The notes under the pieces: generated by a model | Database searches by the model: none | Told to the model about the DNA's origin: nothing | The model's input: the letters and a program-made list of their open reading frames with translations, nothing else | Shown: positions 36,074 through 47,171 of the stretch, one piece after another | Numbering within the stretch: the stretch's first letter is position 1 | How the letters are laid out: every line of letters starts with the position of its first letter | Position numbers and translations under genes: made by a program | From: Haliotis cracherodii | Taxonomy: Eukaryota | NCBI RefSeq assembly: GCF_022045235.1 | Contig: NW_027266273.1 | Span: 16,058,001-16,122,000, forward strand | Length of the DNA: 64,000 bases | Reading direction: 5' to 3'

Positions 36074-39000
36074 GTTATTATATGATTTCATTCTTCAATT
36101 CCCTACTCGAAAAATCTCTTCCAATCTCTCACAAACATTGCAAGTTTTCCTGGAATGTTCGCATTAATATATATTACTTCGGAAGGTAAGAGATGTGTCA
36201 GTCGGACAGTGGCAGCAGTCAATATAGTTCTAACTTAAATATGTTTCGTATACAGTGGCGTAACTACAATTGTCTATACAAATTGTTTCTACTTGCCTTT
36301 TACGGCAATCCATCGGTCTGTCTGCTAGAGTAACTGGCCTTTATCAAAGGGAAGCTACTCTAACTCTAGTCTATGAGAGGTTTCGTTTTATTAGAGTCTG
36401 TCTGCCCTGTGATAACGTCACGATGTGCAGTCAGATGTACACACAGCGAGAAAACGAAACAAGGTAAAAATTCGGACACATTTCGGCCAAATCCAACTGT
36501 TTTAATCTGGGGAAAAGGTTCCAGGCCGCAGAGGTCTACAAAAGCAGATATGGAAACTGACTCTGCTAGGCAAGTGTCCTCGATAAATTTTTTTGCAATT
36601 TATATCTCCAAAGTTGCCCTAGTTACGTCACAGTTAGACACTGATTTTCAGTGTATTAGACTATTCTCTTGACAATGATAACAATTATCCCAGTAGTTTC
36701 TCCAGACTGCCGATGGATCGCCGAAGGGCGAAGGGCGAAGGGCGACGCCATGTTTGTTTTAAACACTGAAAGTAGTCCCTACTTGACCTTTGATATCTGC
36801 ATCTCTATCCACACATGACCAAAAGGGATATCGATTTTATACGTTGGTTGTATTCTACCGAGGTAGATGATAAATAAGAATATGTTCAGTTTCGTCATTA
36901 GTTTCACTTCCTTTGACAATATTTCTTAAAAGGAAGCAACTGTATATTACAATCATCCTCCTTATTGTTGAGATTCATAATCGTTTTGCATCGGTGAGTG
37001 AGCTAGTGAGTTGGGTTTAACGCCGCTCTGAACAATATGGTGGTTATACTGCGGAATGTCGGCTTGATGAAAGAGGAACCCATGAAAACGGGATATGGTT
37101 CTCATAAACCAGGGAAACTCTGGGATTCGAGCCAACGATCATATATGATCAGGGCACGCGGAAGGGCGTTTCGTACAACGAAAGTACAGTGATTTACACT
37201 CGACGACTTTGCCATCCGTCTCGTCGCTTTCTCTGCAAGTACTTAATATCCACTCTCATTAAATCAGATCTTTCACTCCGACATGATATCCCTCTGAAAG
37301 AGGACAACTCTGTATGAGTAGCATTAGGTGAACTTTCGAATGAGCCACTGTGCGCCACAACTTCTACATTGATACGAGTAAGCTAAGCATTCAGGAAAGC
37401 ATTTCGGATTTCTGTAGTTCGGATATAATCGAGAAGTTCCGAATCTATTAAATAAAGCCGCGCTGTTATATTGTTGTGCATAGTTTGTATATCCTGTCGT
37501 TTCTGAGTGCACCTACACTCAAAATAGTGAACTATAGTTAGTATATTTGTATTTCGTGCCCATTTTCTTTTCCTGTGATCGATATTTACAAATCCAGGTT
37601 GGGAAGAAATGAAGCCAAATAGGTTTTGGCAGCTGACATCAGATTTGCTCAAGAACCCATCCTTCATTATGATTTGGAGGTGTCCTCAGAACTGAGTCCA
37701 GAGAGGTAACGTAGCGCAGGAAAAGATTATGATTTTAATGAGATTGTATAATGCCTGCCTATACAGATGGAAAAGTGACAGACACGTTTGACAAATTGAA
37801 TTAATTTATTTAAGGACATTATTGATAAATAATGTAGTTGCTGTACTTGATCATAACCTGTCAGGATAGGCATGAATTAGATCATTCTCATCAATATATG
37901 TCAGTATTTTGACACTTGAGGCTGAATAATAACAGCAGAGAGTGATTATTTGACATATGTATTTATTACTTCGTGAAAGAAGAAAAACTAACGAGATGAT
38001 AGAACTGTTTTGTTATAAAATCGAATGTGCTGTGGGCATAATCGTTTTTATTTTTGTGAAATCTTACAATGTTACATAATGTTGGAAGTTCTTATCGATT
38101 GAGTTCGGTAGAACTCAAACCTTCTTCACCTCCAACTGCCTTCATCCCCAACAGTATTATTCTCAAACCATATTCACCTTAAAACATTTTTTGCTAACAT
38201 CCCCTCTTGTGACCTCCCTCAAGTCGTCAAGTAATACACATTGAGGCTAATACACATTGAGGCAAGAAAGGACAAAACCCTTTTCTCATTCATAAGAAAT
38301 CTCTGCCGTTGTCGATTGGACGATCCGACTGTAAAATGAGCATGTTTTTAGGAATCACTATGTCAAAAAGTCCACACCTGCAATGTCTTTGTTTCAAATG
38401 TATTCGGATCCTGGTGTCATCGCTTTAACCTGTTTTCCCATATTCCCACATCATCGCATCAGACTTGATTCGTCTCAAACTGTGTATACCTTAAACGTAT
38501 TCACCGTCAATGTCTTTACCGGAAACCTCACCTCAAACGTCTTCAGCACAAAGCTCCAACCATCTCAAACTGAGTCCACCTCAAAGTCTTCCTCTCGCTT
38601 CGTCTTCACACCAGTCTTTGCATGAAGCTTCGTTCCCCTCAAACGTCTTCTGTTGGCTTTTTCTTGACATATCCCAGTCTTCGCTTGAAGCTATGTTCCC
38701 CTCACGTTTTTCTCTCACACCTGTCTTCGAATCAAGCTACGGTCCCCTCAGATGTCTTCCTCCCACATCGTCTACACATCTACATGCCCATCTCATCCTG
38801 TTTTCCGCCTCTCCATGGGCAGATATGAATAACCCCTTCAGTCAATGATAGCTTCAAGAAATTTGGTGAAAATGAAAACCATCTATTAAAAGTTTAATTC
38901 AAGCCACGACCGTCGCTACCGTTCATCATGAATATTAAGTGTGCAACGTTCATAAAATTACCCACATTTTCACATCAATGACATTCTTGATCAATACGTG

Positions 39001-40054
39001 AGATGTTCCTGAAACTGCTAACGTCTTATTTACATGGAAAACAACATATCTCTGGCTAAAAACGCCTCTCCCTTCCTGTGATGAATGCATATGTAGTCTA
39101 TGATAACAAAGGGCCACACACCTGCAGCAAGGGCTGGGATCTTGTGTGAAAACATTCATTTTTCAAAATCCACACATACCTATTCACACCAACAGTATGA
39201 GTGAACAAGGATTCAAGATGTTGAACCTTTAGTGGACGGGCAGAAAGACGAATATCGAGGGACAGATCAATCAATAGTTATCAACACCTGGTACCATCAA
39301 TACTTTTCAGTCATTCTATTACTTTTATCACTATTTTGCCTTCCATTCCCAATGGAATCTTCGGCAGAAAACCGAGACCGATTATTCTCTGGCTTTGACG
39401 TTTTGAATCCAAAAATGATTGGACAATTTTAGCCCCCGTGGCATAGGGACAATGTAGAGTCGCCTCACATCAAGTCAGCTCTATTGTCATTCCTCACACT
39501 CCCACAGTGGTCAAGGGAGACATGACGGGAAACACATTATATGTGAATGCTTTCCTGCCAATTTATTATCACCAGGGAGTTTCAAAATGTGTTATTCCTG
39601 TCTGTTGAAGCCGAAATGAACCACTCTAACCAGAGGCTGTGTTTTTGGAAAGTCCTCAGTGACTTCTGAAGCGTGTTGATGGCGAGACGCTTGTTGGCAC
39701 GACCAGTTACGTTAGCAGACATTACCCCTCGCAGCCCCAGATGGCGGAGACCAGTCACTGGTCAAGTTTATGGTCGTCAGATTAATTGACCAAGAGTCGT
39801 TGTGACATCCAACACAACAGGTGACAAGTGGACTGGGTTATTGAGACTTTCGCCAGGAGACATATTTCAAAGAATGATGGTCCCCAATCCTGTACAAATA
39901 ATTTGTCGTTTCACACTTTGAACCCCTAATGTGAACTTACTCTAAATGAGACCACAACAAATAATTATTATTCATTTCCAGAGTTCGCAGATGACGGGGT
40001 ATAATAAAACATAAGTATGAAAGCTTTGACCATTTTTGCTTTAATGTATTATCA

Positions 40055-40337
40055 GAGGGCACAGGTGGCCAAGTCGTCTAAGGCGCCGAGATTCGCTGTG
40101 CACAGATGTGCCCCTTGGGCACGCCAGAAACCTATGATTGTAGGTTCGAATCCCGGTTCGCCCCGATTATGTTTCTAGGTTTTTCAGCACCATACCAGTG
40201 CTCGTGGGCTTCACCGAAATAGTAAACGCCTGAGAACTGCCTCACTTTTGGCTTTCCTCCCACTTTAAGCTGACACGCCATGACATAACTTGAATACTGT
40301 TAAAAGCGGCGTTACAGCCAACTCCCTCACTCACTCA
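40055..40337 (+). mobile_element. Family B SINE, full length
   Basis: Collinear with the 17586 copy; abuts a family C copy tail-to-tail. Confidence 0.9.
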
Positions 40338-40338
40338 T

Positions 40339-40510
40339 CTTTATGGCGGCGACCTATAAATAATCGAGTCTGGACCAGACAATCCAGTGAGTGATTTGAG
40401 CATCGATCTTTGCAATTGGGATTCGATAACATACATCAACCAAGACACCGAGTCTGATCACCCGATCCCGTTAGTCGCCTCTTATGACAAGCATAGTCGC
40501 CTTTTACAGG
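40339..40510 (-). mobile_element. Family C retroposon, partial
   Basis: GAGTCTGGACCAGACAATCCAGTGA...CCCGATCCCGTTAGTCGCCTCTTATGACAAGCATAGTCGCC. Confidence 0.85.
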
Positions 40511-41159
40511 GGTTAATTAATATTCTGACTTAATTATAAGATAAATATCGCAATAGATGGTTCTTTTGCTCAACTTGAATATTTCCATTTACCAAGATGA
40601 AATTGGATCCACTGCTTCTCACACCCTGAATCCCCACGACTGCGGGTAAGAATTGGTCCCCTCCTATGCAGACCATATGAGGTGGCCAAATATACACTTG
40701 GAAACTGGATTTGTCCCTAAAATTCCATACGTAATCAAACGTGCAAACAGTCGCCGGAACACTGGAAACCTAACTGGAAACCTATTGATCAGAACACAGG
40801 TATGATACCGGTATGCTACCGGTATGATACCTGTCATCGAATAACTATTTCTGGTTTGTTCATTGTAAGCCACCTTTAAACGTGGGTGTATACATTCTTT
40901 GGCCCAGCAGTTGATGGTGGTAAGCAGGTTATGTCTACTTGGTGACAATGAACATTACTATACATGCATTGGTTTTTATATTGTTCTGTCTGTACTGCAC
41001 GATTGTTAATATTTAATTTACATGTCTCAATTGCATATTTATTAATGTTACACACTGATGTTTAAGACATTTTGTAACAGTTCTTGGTCCTAAAGGTCGT
41101 AGATTTAACTACGAACAATAGTGGCATGCAGGTTCACAATGACAATTCCTATCGTCTGG

Positions 41160-41415
41160 AAATGACATCCTCACACATTCATCGACAATGTCGTCATGGT
41201 AATGCTGATTTGTGAGACCAATAAGACAACCTATCGTCGCTTCCATTTCGTTTTCCGTCCATGTAATAGACATATTGCAATGGTGGTATTTGACGGCAAT
41301 GGTGGTATAAAGAAGTTACGGAATGGTCCAGTTTCCTTTGAATTGTATTGTTTGCAGAGTTGTGCGCTGGAGCTATCAGCTGGGCCTTTGTTCCCACGGA
41401 ATAACGGAACTACAG
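41160..41415 (+). mobile_element. Possible tyrosine-recombinase (DIRS/Ngaro-like) remnant
   Basis: ORF 41196: MLICETNKTTYR ... GPVSFELYCL ... SAGPLFPRNNG resembles YR i..sKTd ... CPV..l..yl ... GPLF...G. Confidence 0.35.
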
Positions 41416-41442
41416 TTCAAAAGCAGTGTCATTTCAGTCCTT

Positions 41443-41668
41443 GCCCCTTGAAGATTCGGGTTATATTGGTCTGCAACAACCCATACTTGTCGTTGAAAAC
41501 GACTAACGGGATCGGGTGGTTAGGTTCAGTGTGTTGGTTGATGAATGTCATCGTATCCCAATTCCGTATATCGATCAGTCATTGGATTGTCTGGTCCATA
41601 CTCGATCATGTACAGACCTCCGTCGTGTAGCTGGAATATTGGGTAGTGCGGCGTTAAACAACATACAA
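41443..41668 (+). mobile_element. Family C retroposon, diverged, full length
   Basis: CCCCTTGAAGATTCGGGTTA...CGACTAACGGGATCGGG...GCGGCGTTAAACAAC. Confidence 0.82.
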
Positions 41669-42101
41669 TGAAAGAACAATGCGTTGTTCGGTACAATTGC
41701 TAGTTCCTTTATCAAGTTAATGATTGATAGAACAGTTGTTTGACAAAGGTACAAGCATGTGTACGAAAAGTCTCTTTGAAAGAATGGAAAAGTGGAAAAT
41801 GTATAAGTGAACATTGTCTTCACACTTTTTCTATTGCTTCTTTAAGTATTTTGGTCACTTTAAAACCTTATTCATACCTTGCTCTGTCACAAGGCTTCAC
41901 TCACGCATGTGGTTGGGATAATAATGCTCTTTAATTTCAAATTAAGCAAACATATCGTCCACGCGTGTTCAAATACGCGTGTACAGCTGTAAGAATAATA
42001 CAATGTTTAACTAACGGTTCCACTTGTATTTACTTTGAATGAATTGTTTGTTGCATACTCATCGACGTCTTCAAGTTTCATGTGTGTCCGGGAAACAACT
42101 A

Positions 42102-42255
42102 CAGTAAACTACGTTTATAACGACCATGCCTAGAACGAACTGACGGATATAACGAACTGGTTTTTTTCCCCCCATACATTTGCTGTATAGGTGCTGTATA
42201 TATGCTTATAACGTACTAGGGTTAAAACTAAATAATATTAGTGGTCCCTTTGAGT
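42102..42255 (+). mobile_element. pogo/Tigger-like MITE, right end missing
   Basis: TA|CAGTAAACTACGTTTATAACGACCATGC; collinear with 50307-50480. Confidence 0.8.
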
Positions 42256-42287
42256 AAATGGCGGCTAAGTCTCTATTTTACTTGCAG

Positions 42288-42980
42288 AGTATCGTGATGA
42301 CGAAGGCTAAAAAAAAATACTGTCCTGTACACGAAGATATCGTTATCAATATTCCTGATATGAAATACAACCGGCAATAATCCATCTCTTGGCTAGACGA
42401 TATTACTAATGGCCTGTTGGAAGCAATAGATGATATCTGCGACTATAATGGATGCAAGAGATGAATATCAGGGAAAGCTAATTATATAACTAAACCAGCT
42501 TTTCGGGTTCTGTGCTCTGTGATAAGTCTCATTTTGTCCTCGAGGAATCTATTCATGGGCGAACAGTTCTTATAACAGGCCGATTTAGACTTGCAGACAG
42601 ACGCAGATTGTTCGGTTGGGTGAAGGGTACTACACCTAATAGTTATGAACAGTGGAACTGAGCGAGAGACATCAGCAACTTCTCGATGTTACTCGCAATA
42701 CACTCCACAAGGGAATTGTTATTGGGATGTGACCTGGAAGACAGCATGGGTGTCATGACTTGGGATTTTCTTTATAAAGGACGAGACATGTTCTTTAGAT
42801 TAGATGTTGTATTGGCGGTTAGACATATAAACGACCCATGAGCTAATCTTGAAGAAGATCGTAGTCTGGACGTGTTCAAGTGTAAAACCGAGGGCGAACA
42901 CATAAAGACATTGTTGAACCGCATCTGCATTTATCTTGAAGCTTGCACAACGTGCGCTCTTAATCAATGTAGATGGTTAA
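42288..42980 (+). pseudogene. OAS-like nucleotidyltransferase pseudogene, N-terminal (NTase-lobe) exon
   Basis: Acceptor TTTTACTTGCAG at 42287; across stops and frameshifts: LSIFL..EIQP, EAIDDICD (42423-42440), ITKPAF/SGSV (GS 42506-42511), FRLDVVLAV (D 42803). Collinear with recalled human OAS1 LDKFI..LLP, AIDIIC, KVVKGGS, EFDVLPAF; DxD not recognisable. Confidence 0.55.
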
Positions 42981-43858
42981 GTTACGTATTGACTGGTATT
43001 ATATTTAGACCTGATCACTGATGTCAGGGCACGTGAATAAACAAAAGCCATTGGATGACAACCTCGTGTTCTTGGTGATATTTCAGGGCTATGTATTGAC
43101 ATATTATCCCATCATGACAAGACGAAACTCTGAAATAGATCGCAGTATTTTATGCGAACACGTACACATACACGTACACACAGAAACAGAATGATATTCA
43201 GAGTGACAGACAGACAGACTGGCAGTCAAACGGAAATAACCATTTAGTCTGTTAAATGTATTCAATAGCAGATCTGTACTTTATACATCTCTGTGTCATT
43301 AACGTTTAAAACATGGCTGCCGATGGGTTAGATCAAAATATATTCGTACATAATGTGAATGGGATCAGCTTGCAAGTAACAATGCAGTACATACACGTGG
43401 GATCTATATGATCTTTGTAAAAAGTCTAATATTGGTTTTATGTCGTTCAATTACACCCTGATAGTTACTTAATACAGTATACCCCAGCAATTCATTCATA
43501 CAATAGTTTAGATCAACGATATGATATGATTATCATCAAGACTGTGGACTTCATTTCTTGCCCATGTTAAGCTGGCATTGAGTTGACGTCAAAGCGTTGT
43601 TTGTGACAATAAACCAGACCAAATTTGGCATAAATAACTATTGTCATTACAAAAATTGTCTCCAGAGATCCTAACGGTTTCATATATGATATTGTGCGAG
43701 AATTGATGTCCTCATAAACGACATGTTAATTACCATTTAATAACTTGTGTACTGAAAAGAGCCATTACATTTTCAGAATTCGCTTTTACAGTGCAGTGGA
43801 TAGAGCAATTTTCATTTAAATGTCGCCAAAGTTATTTAATAACAACAAGTCCCAACAG

Positions 43859-45650
43859 GCTTGCCGTCATGGAGGAAGGCCTGGTACAGGAGCATGTCCC
43901 TACAGATTTGCCTTCAAGGGAGAAGGTCTGGTGCAGGCACATTTCCCTAATTAAGTCCTCGTCGTCATTCTGACGGTCTGGTACAGTTACATGATCCGCC
44001 ATCTTGTCATCACCGAGGAAGGTCTGGTACAATACATGTTCTTACATCTTGTCATCGCTGTGGAAGGTCTGGTACAGTTACATCTCCCTACATCTTGGCA
44101 TCACTGAGGAAGATCTGGTACAGGTACATTTCCCGCCACCTTGTCATCACTGAGGAAGGTTTGGTTCAGTTACATGTCCCGCCATCTTGTCATCACTGAG
44201 GAAGATCTGGTACAGGTACATGTCCCGCCATCATGTCATCACTGAGGAAGGTCTGGTACAGGTACATGTCCCGCCACCTTGTCATCACTGAGGAAGGTCT
44301 GGTACAGTTCCATGTCCCGCCATCCTGTCATCATTGAGGAAGGTCTGGTACAGTTCCATGTCCCGCCCTCTTGTCAACAACGAGGAAGGTCTGGTACAGG
44401 TACATTTCCCTACATCTTGTCATCCCTGTGGAAGGTCTGGTATCGGTACATTTCCCTACATCTTGTCATCCCTGTGGAAGGTATGGTACAGGTACATTTC
44501 CCTACACCTTGTCATCCCTGTGGAAGGTCTGGTACAGGTACATTTCCCTAGACCTTGTCATCACTGAGGAAGGTCTGGTACAGGTACATTTCCCGCCACC
44601 TTGTCATCCCTGGGGAAGGTCTGGTGCAGGTACATTTCCCTTGACCTTGTCATCCCTGTGGAAGGTCTTGTACAGGTACATTTCCCGCCACCTTGTCATC
44701 CCTGTGGAAGGTCTGGTACAGGTACATTTCCCTAGACCTTGTCATCCCTGTGGAAGGTCTTGTGCAGGTACATTTCCCTACATCTTGTCATCCCTGTGAA
44801 AGGTCTGGTACAGGTTCATTTCCCTAGACCTTGTCATGCCTGTGGAAGGTCTGGTACAGGTACATTTCCCTACATCTTGTCATCCCTTTGAAAGGTCTGG
44901 TACAGGTTCATTTCCCTACACCTTGTCATCCCTGTGGAAGGTCTGGTACAGGTACATTTCCAACCGCCATGTCATCACTGTGGAAGGTCTGGTGCAGGTA
45001 TATTTCACTACATCTTGTCATCACTGTGGAAGGTCTTGTGCAGGTACATTTCCCTACACCTTGTCATCACTGTGGAAGGTCTGGTATCGGTACATTTCCC
45101 TACACCTTGTCATCCCCGTGGAAGGTCTGGTACAGGTACATTTCCCTACACCTTGTCATCCCTGTGGAAGGTCTGGTACAGGTACATTTCCCTACATCTT
45201 GTCATAACTGTGGAAGGTCTGGTGCAGGTACATTTCCCACCACCATGTCATCACTGTGGAAGGTCTGGTACAGGTACATTTCCCGCCACCATGTCATCCC
45301 TGTTGAAAGTCTGGTACAGGTACATTTCCCTACACCTTGTCATTCCTGTGGAAGGTCTGGTATCGGTACATTTCTCGCCATCTTGTCATCCCTGTGGAAG
45401 GCCTGGTACAGGTACATTTCCCTACACCTTGTCATCCCTGTGGAAGGTCTGGTACAGGTACATTTCCCGCCATCTTGGCATCCCTGTGGAAGGTCTGGTA
45501 CAGGTAGATTTCCCTACACCTTGTCATCCCTTTGGATGGTCTGGTGCAGGTACATTTCCCTACATCTTGCCATCACTGAGGAAGGTCTGGTATCGGTACA
45601 TTTCCCGCCATCTTGTCATCCCTGTGGAAGGCCTGGTACAGGTACATTTC
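43859..45650 (+). repeat. 46-bp minisatellite, ~39 copies
   Basis: Unit CTTGTCATCCCTGTGGAAGGTCTGGTACAGGTACATTTCCCTACAC; period checked at 44048/44094/44140; 5' copies more diverged. Confidence 0.97.
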
Positions 45651-46230
45651 ATTGTGAGGATTGTGTTGGGTTTTAAGAACTGAAAGGACAAATATTGAGA
45701 TCTATCTTTTGTCCGTCTACCAGCTCGATGTTTTGACGAGTATTGAGAAATACCCGTGCAAAGAAAGGTTCTGGGATATTCCTGATGACTGGAACGAACA
45801 TGAAGACACTCATATGCGTATGTTTGACTTTGAGTTTGAGTAAGAAGTGTGTATAAAGACAGTTTTGTAAAATGGCCCTTGAGATTAGAAACGTACACCA
45901 CGACAAAGCCATACCATGGATAATGGTCGGTTTTCTGCTTGGTAAACAATCCAAAATGATTTATGTAGTTTTAGAAGATCAATCACAGAAACTGTAATAT
46001 ACACTGTCAGAGTCATTAACGCCATCCTCTTCTCCCACTGGATGATATCACTTGAAGAAATTAGATCCAATGCATCCTGCCAGATGTGCAGGAGATATTT
46101 TTCTTTTCTACAAAGACCTTAATCGTTGGACCGTCTCATTGAACTGAATCTTTTTGCCCCGGATATGGTTGATTCACGTACGACGTTGTTCTTTGAATGC
46201 CACAGAAAATTGAATGCCTGGTGAAATATT
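45601..46230 (+). pseudogene. OAS-like pseudogene, C-terminal (OAS1_C-like) part
   Basis: One frame from the last repeat unit: LSSLWKAWYRY..*..LLSVYQLDVLT (Y 45718)..FWD..*..IKTVL (45856-45867); after a frameshift LDPMHPA (46061) ..RW. Collinear with recalled OAS1 LVKHWY, PQYALELLT, FRTVL, LDPADPT..W. Confidence 0.6.
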
Positions 46231-46454
46231 ACCGTATTTTTCTTCCTGGCAGTTTCATTTTAGAAGGGCACGCCATTACTGGAAACACATTACTGCTTGA
46301 CAACTGGACAGATGGTGGGATTTTGTACATGTCGGTCAGGAGACTTGTTTGTATCTATTGCGTGTAGAAATGTAGGAGGTTGTCACCGTCCATTGAGCGG
46401 TTGTACATGTGTATAAACTATTCACGAAGCAAAGGTTAGTATATTTTTTCATGG

Positions 46455-46620
46455 TTTGAGTATCCTGACCCACCAGTGGCACCCGTCACAAATACATGCA
46501 AATGCAAGTAAACTCTTCGTTCACCTGATAAAACAAGGAAACACGTTGTACAAGTAAAATAGCAATAATTGCATTGAACATATTTTGGGTCAGTGATGCG
46601 GGAAATTTGGAAAAGTTTTG
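46455..46620 (-). mobile_element. Penelope-like 3' UTR fragment
   Basis: GAGTATCCTGACCCACCAGTGGCACCCGTCAC...TTCACCTGATAAAACA. Confidence 0.65.
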
Positions 46621-47044
46621 GAAACTGTAGGGGCTAGGAGTTTATTGAAAAAAACATGAATTGACCCTGAAAAAGCTGGATTCACGATGTGTATAAAATG
46701 TAGAAATATCTGGTCTCCATAGAAACGCCCCCACCCCGAATATCAAATGATTGTTCCCTTACGTCTGTTTGTTACACGAACGCGCACTGGGTTGTTTTAC
46801 AGACGTTTCATCAATTGTTTCAACTTAATGTATCATTACTTTAAAATATCTGTATTAACGAAGTTAACACAGTAACAAAGATTTCGATATTTTAAGTCAC
46901 TAGCATATACACAAACACAGATCTTAAAAAGAATTATTACGGTACAAATTAACTGAAATGGTTACACAATTAATATCGGTGACAACGGTGTTGCAATACC
47001 ATAATACGTCCCTGCGCTAACCTTCTATCAGTCACGCCGTGATA

Positions 47045-47171
47045 TACTACTCAAAAGAAGTTAAGGATCACCCGATTCTTTCACAATAGTAAAGTTAATC
47101 TGTCATGACATGAGAGATTAACTATAGTAATATGAAAGAATCAGGTGATCCTTAACTTCTTTTGGGTAGTA
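47045..47171. mobile_element. Palindromic Tc1/mariner-type MITE inserted in an old SINE tail
   Basis: TA|TACTACTCAAAAGAAGTTAAGGATCACC...GGTGATCCTTAACTTCTTTTGGGTAGTA|TA; almost entirely a hairpin; left flank CACGCCGTGATA is SINE tail. Confidence 0.88.

Noticed and set aside
36720-36790. Promoter-like motifs (CGCCATGTTTG, AGTAGTCCC)
   Set aside because: Short motifs next to a (CGAAGGG)3 repeat that could be transposon-derived; no linked first exon can be supported.
38383-38848. Overlapping Ser/Pro/Phe-rich ORFs
   Set aside because: Pyrimidine-rich low-complexity region with degenerate GTCTTC/CTCAAAC repeats; no domain.
43859-45650. CRISPR-like array, or intact 249-281 aa CDS in the 46-bp repeat
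   Set aside because: Units are contiguous with no unique spacers, there are no cas genes and the context is eukaryotic; the ORFs are a by-product of a stop-poor unit.
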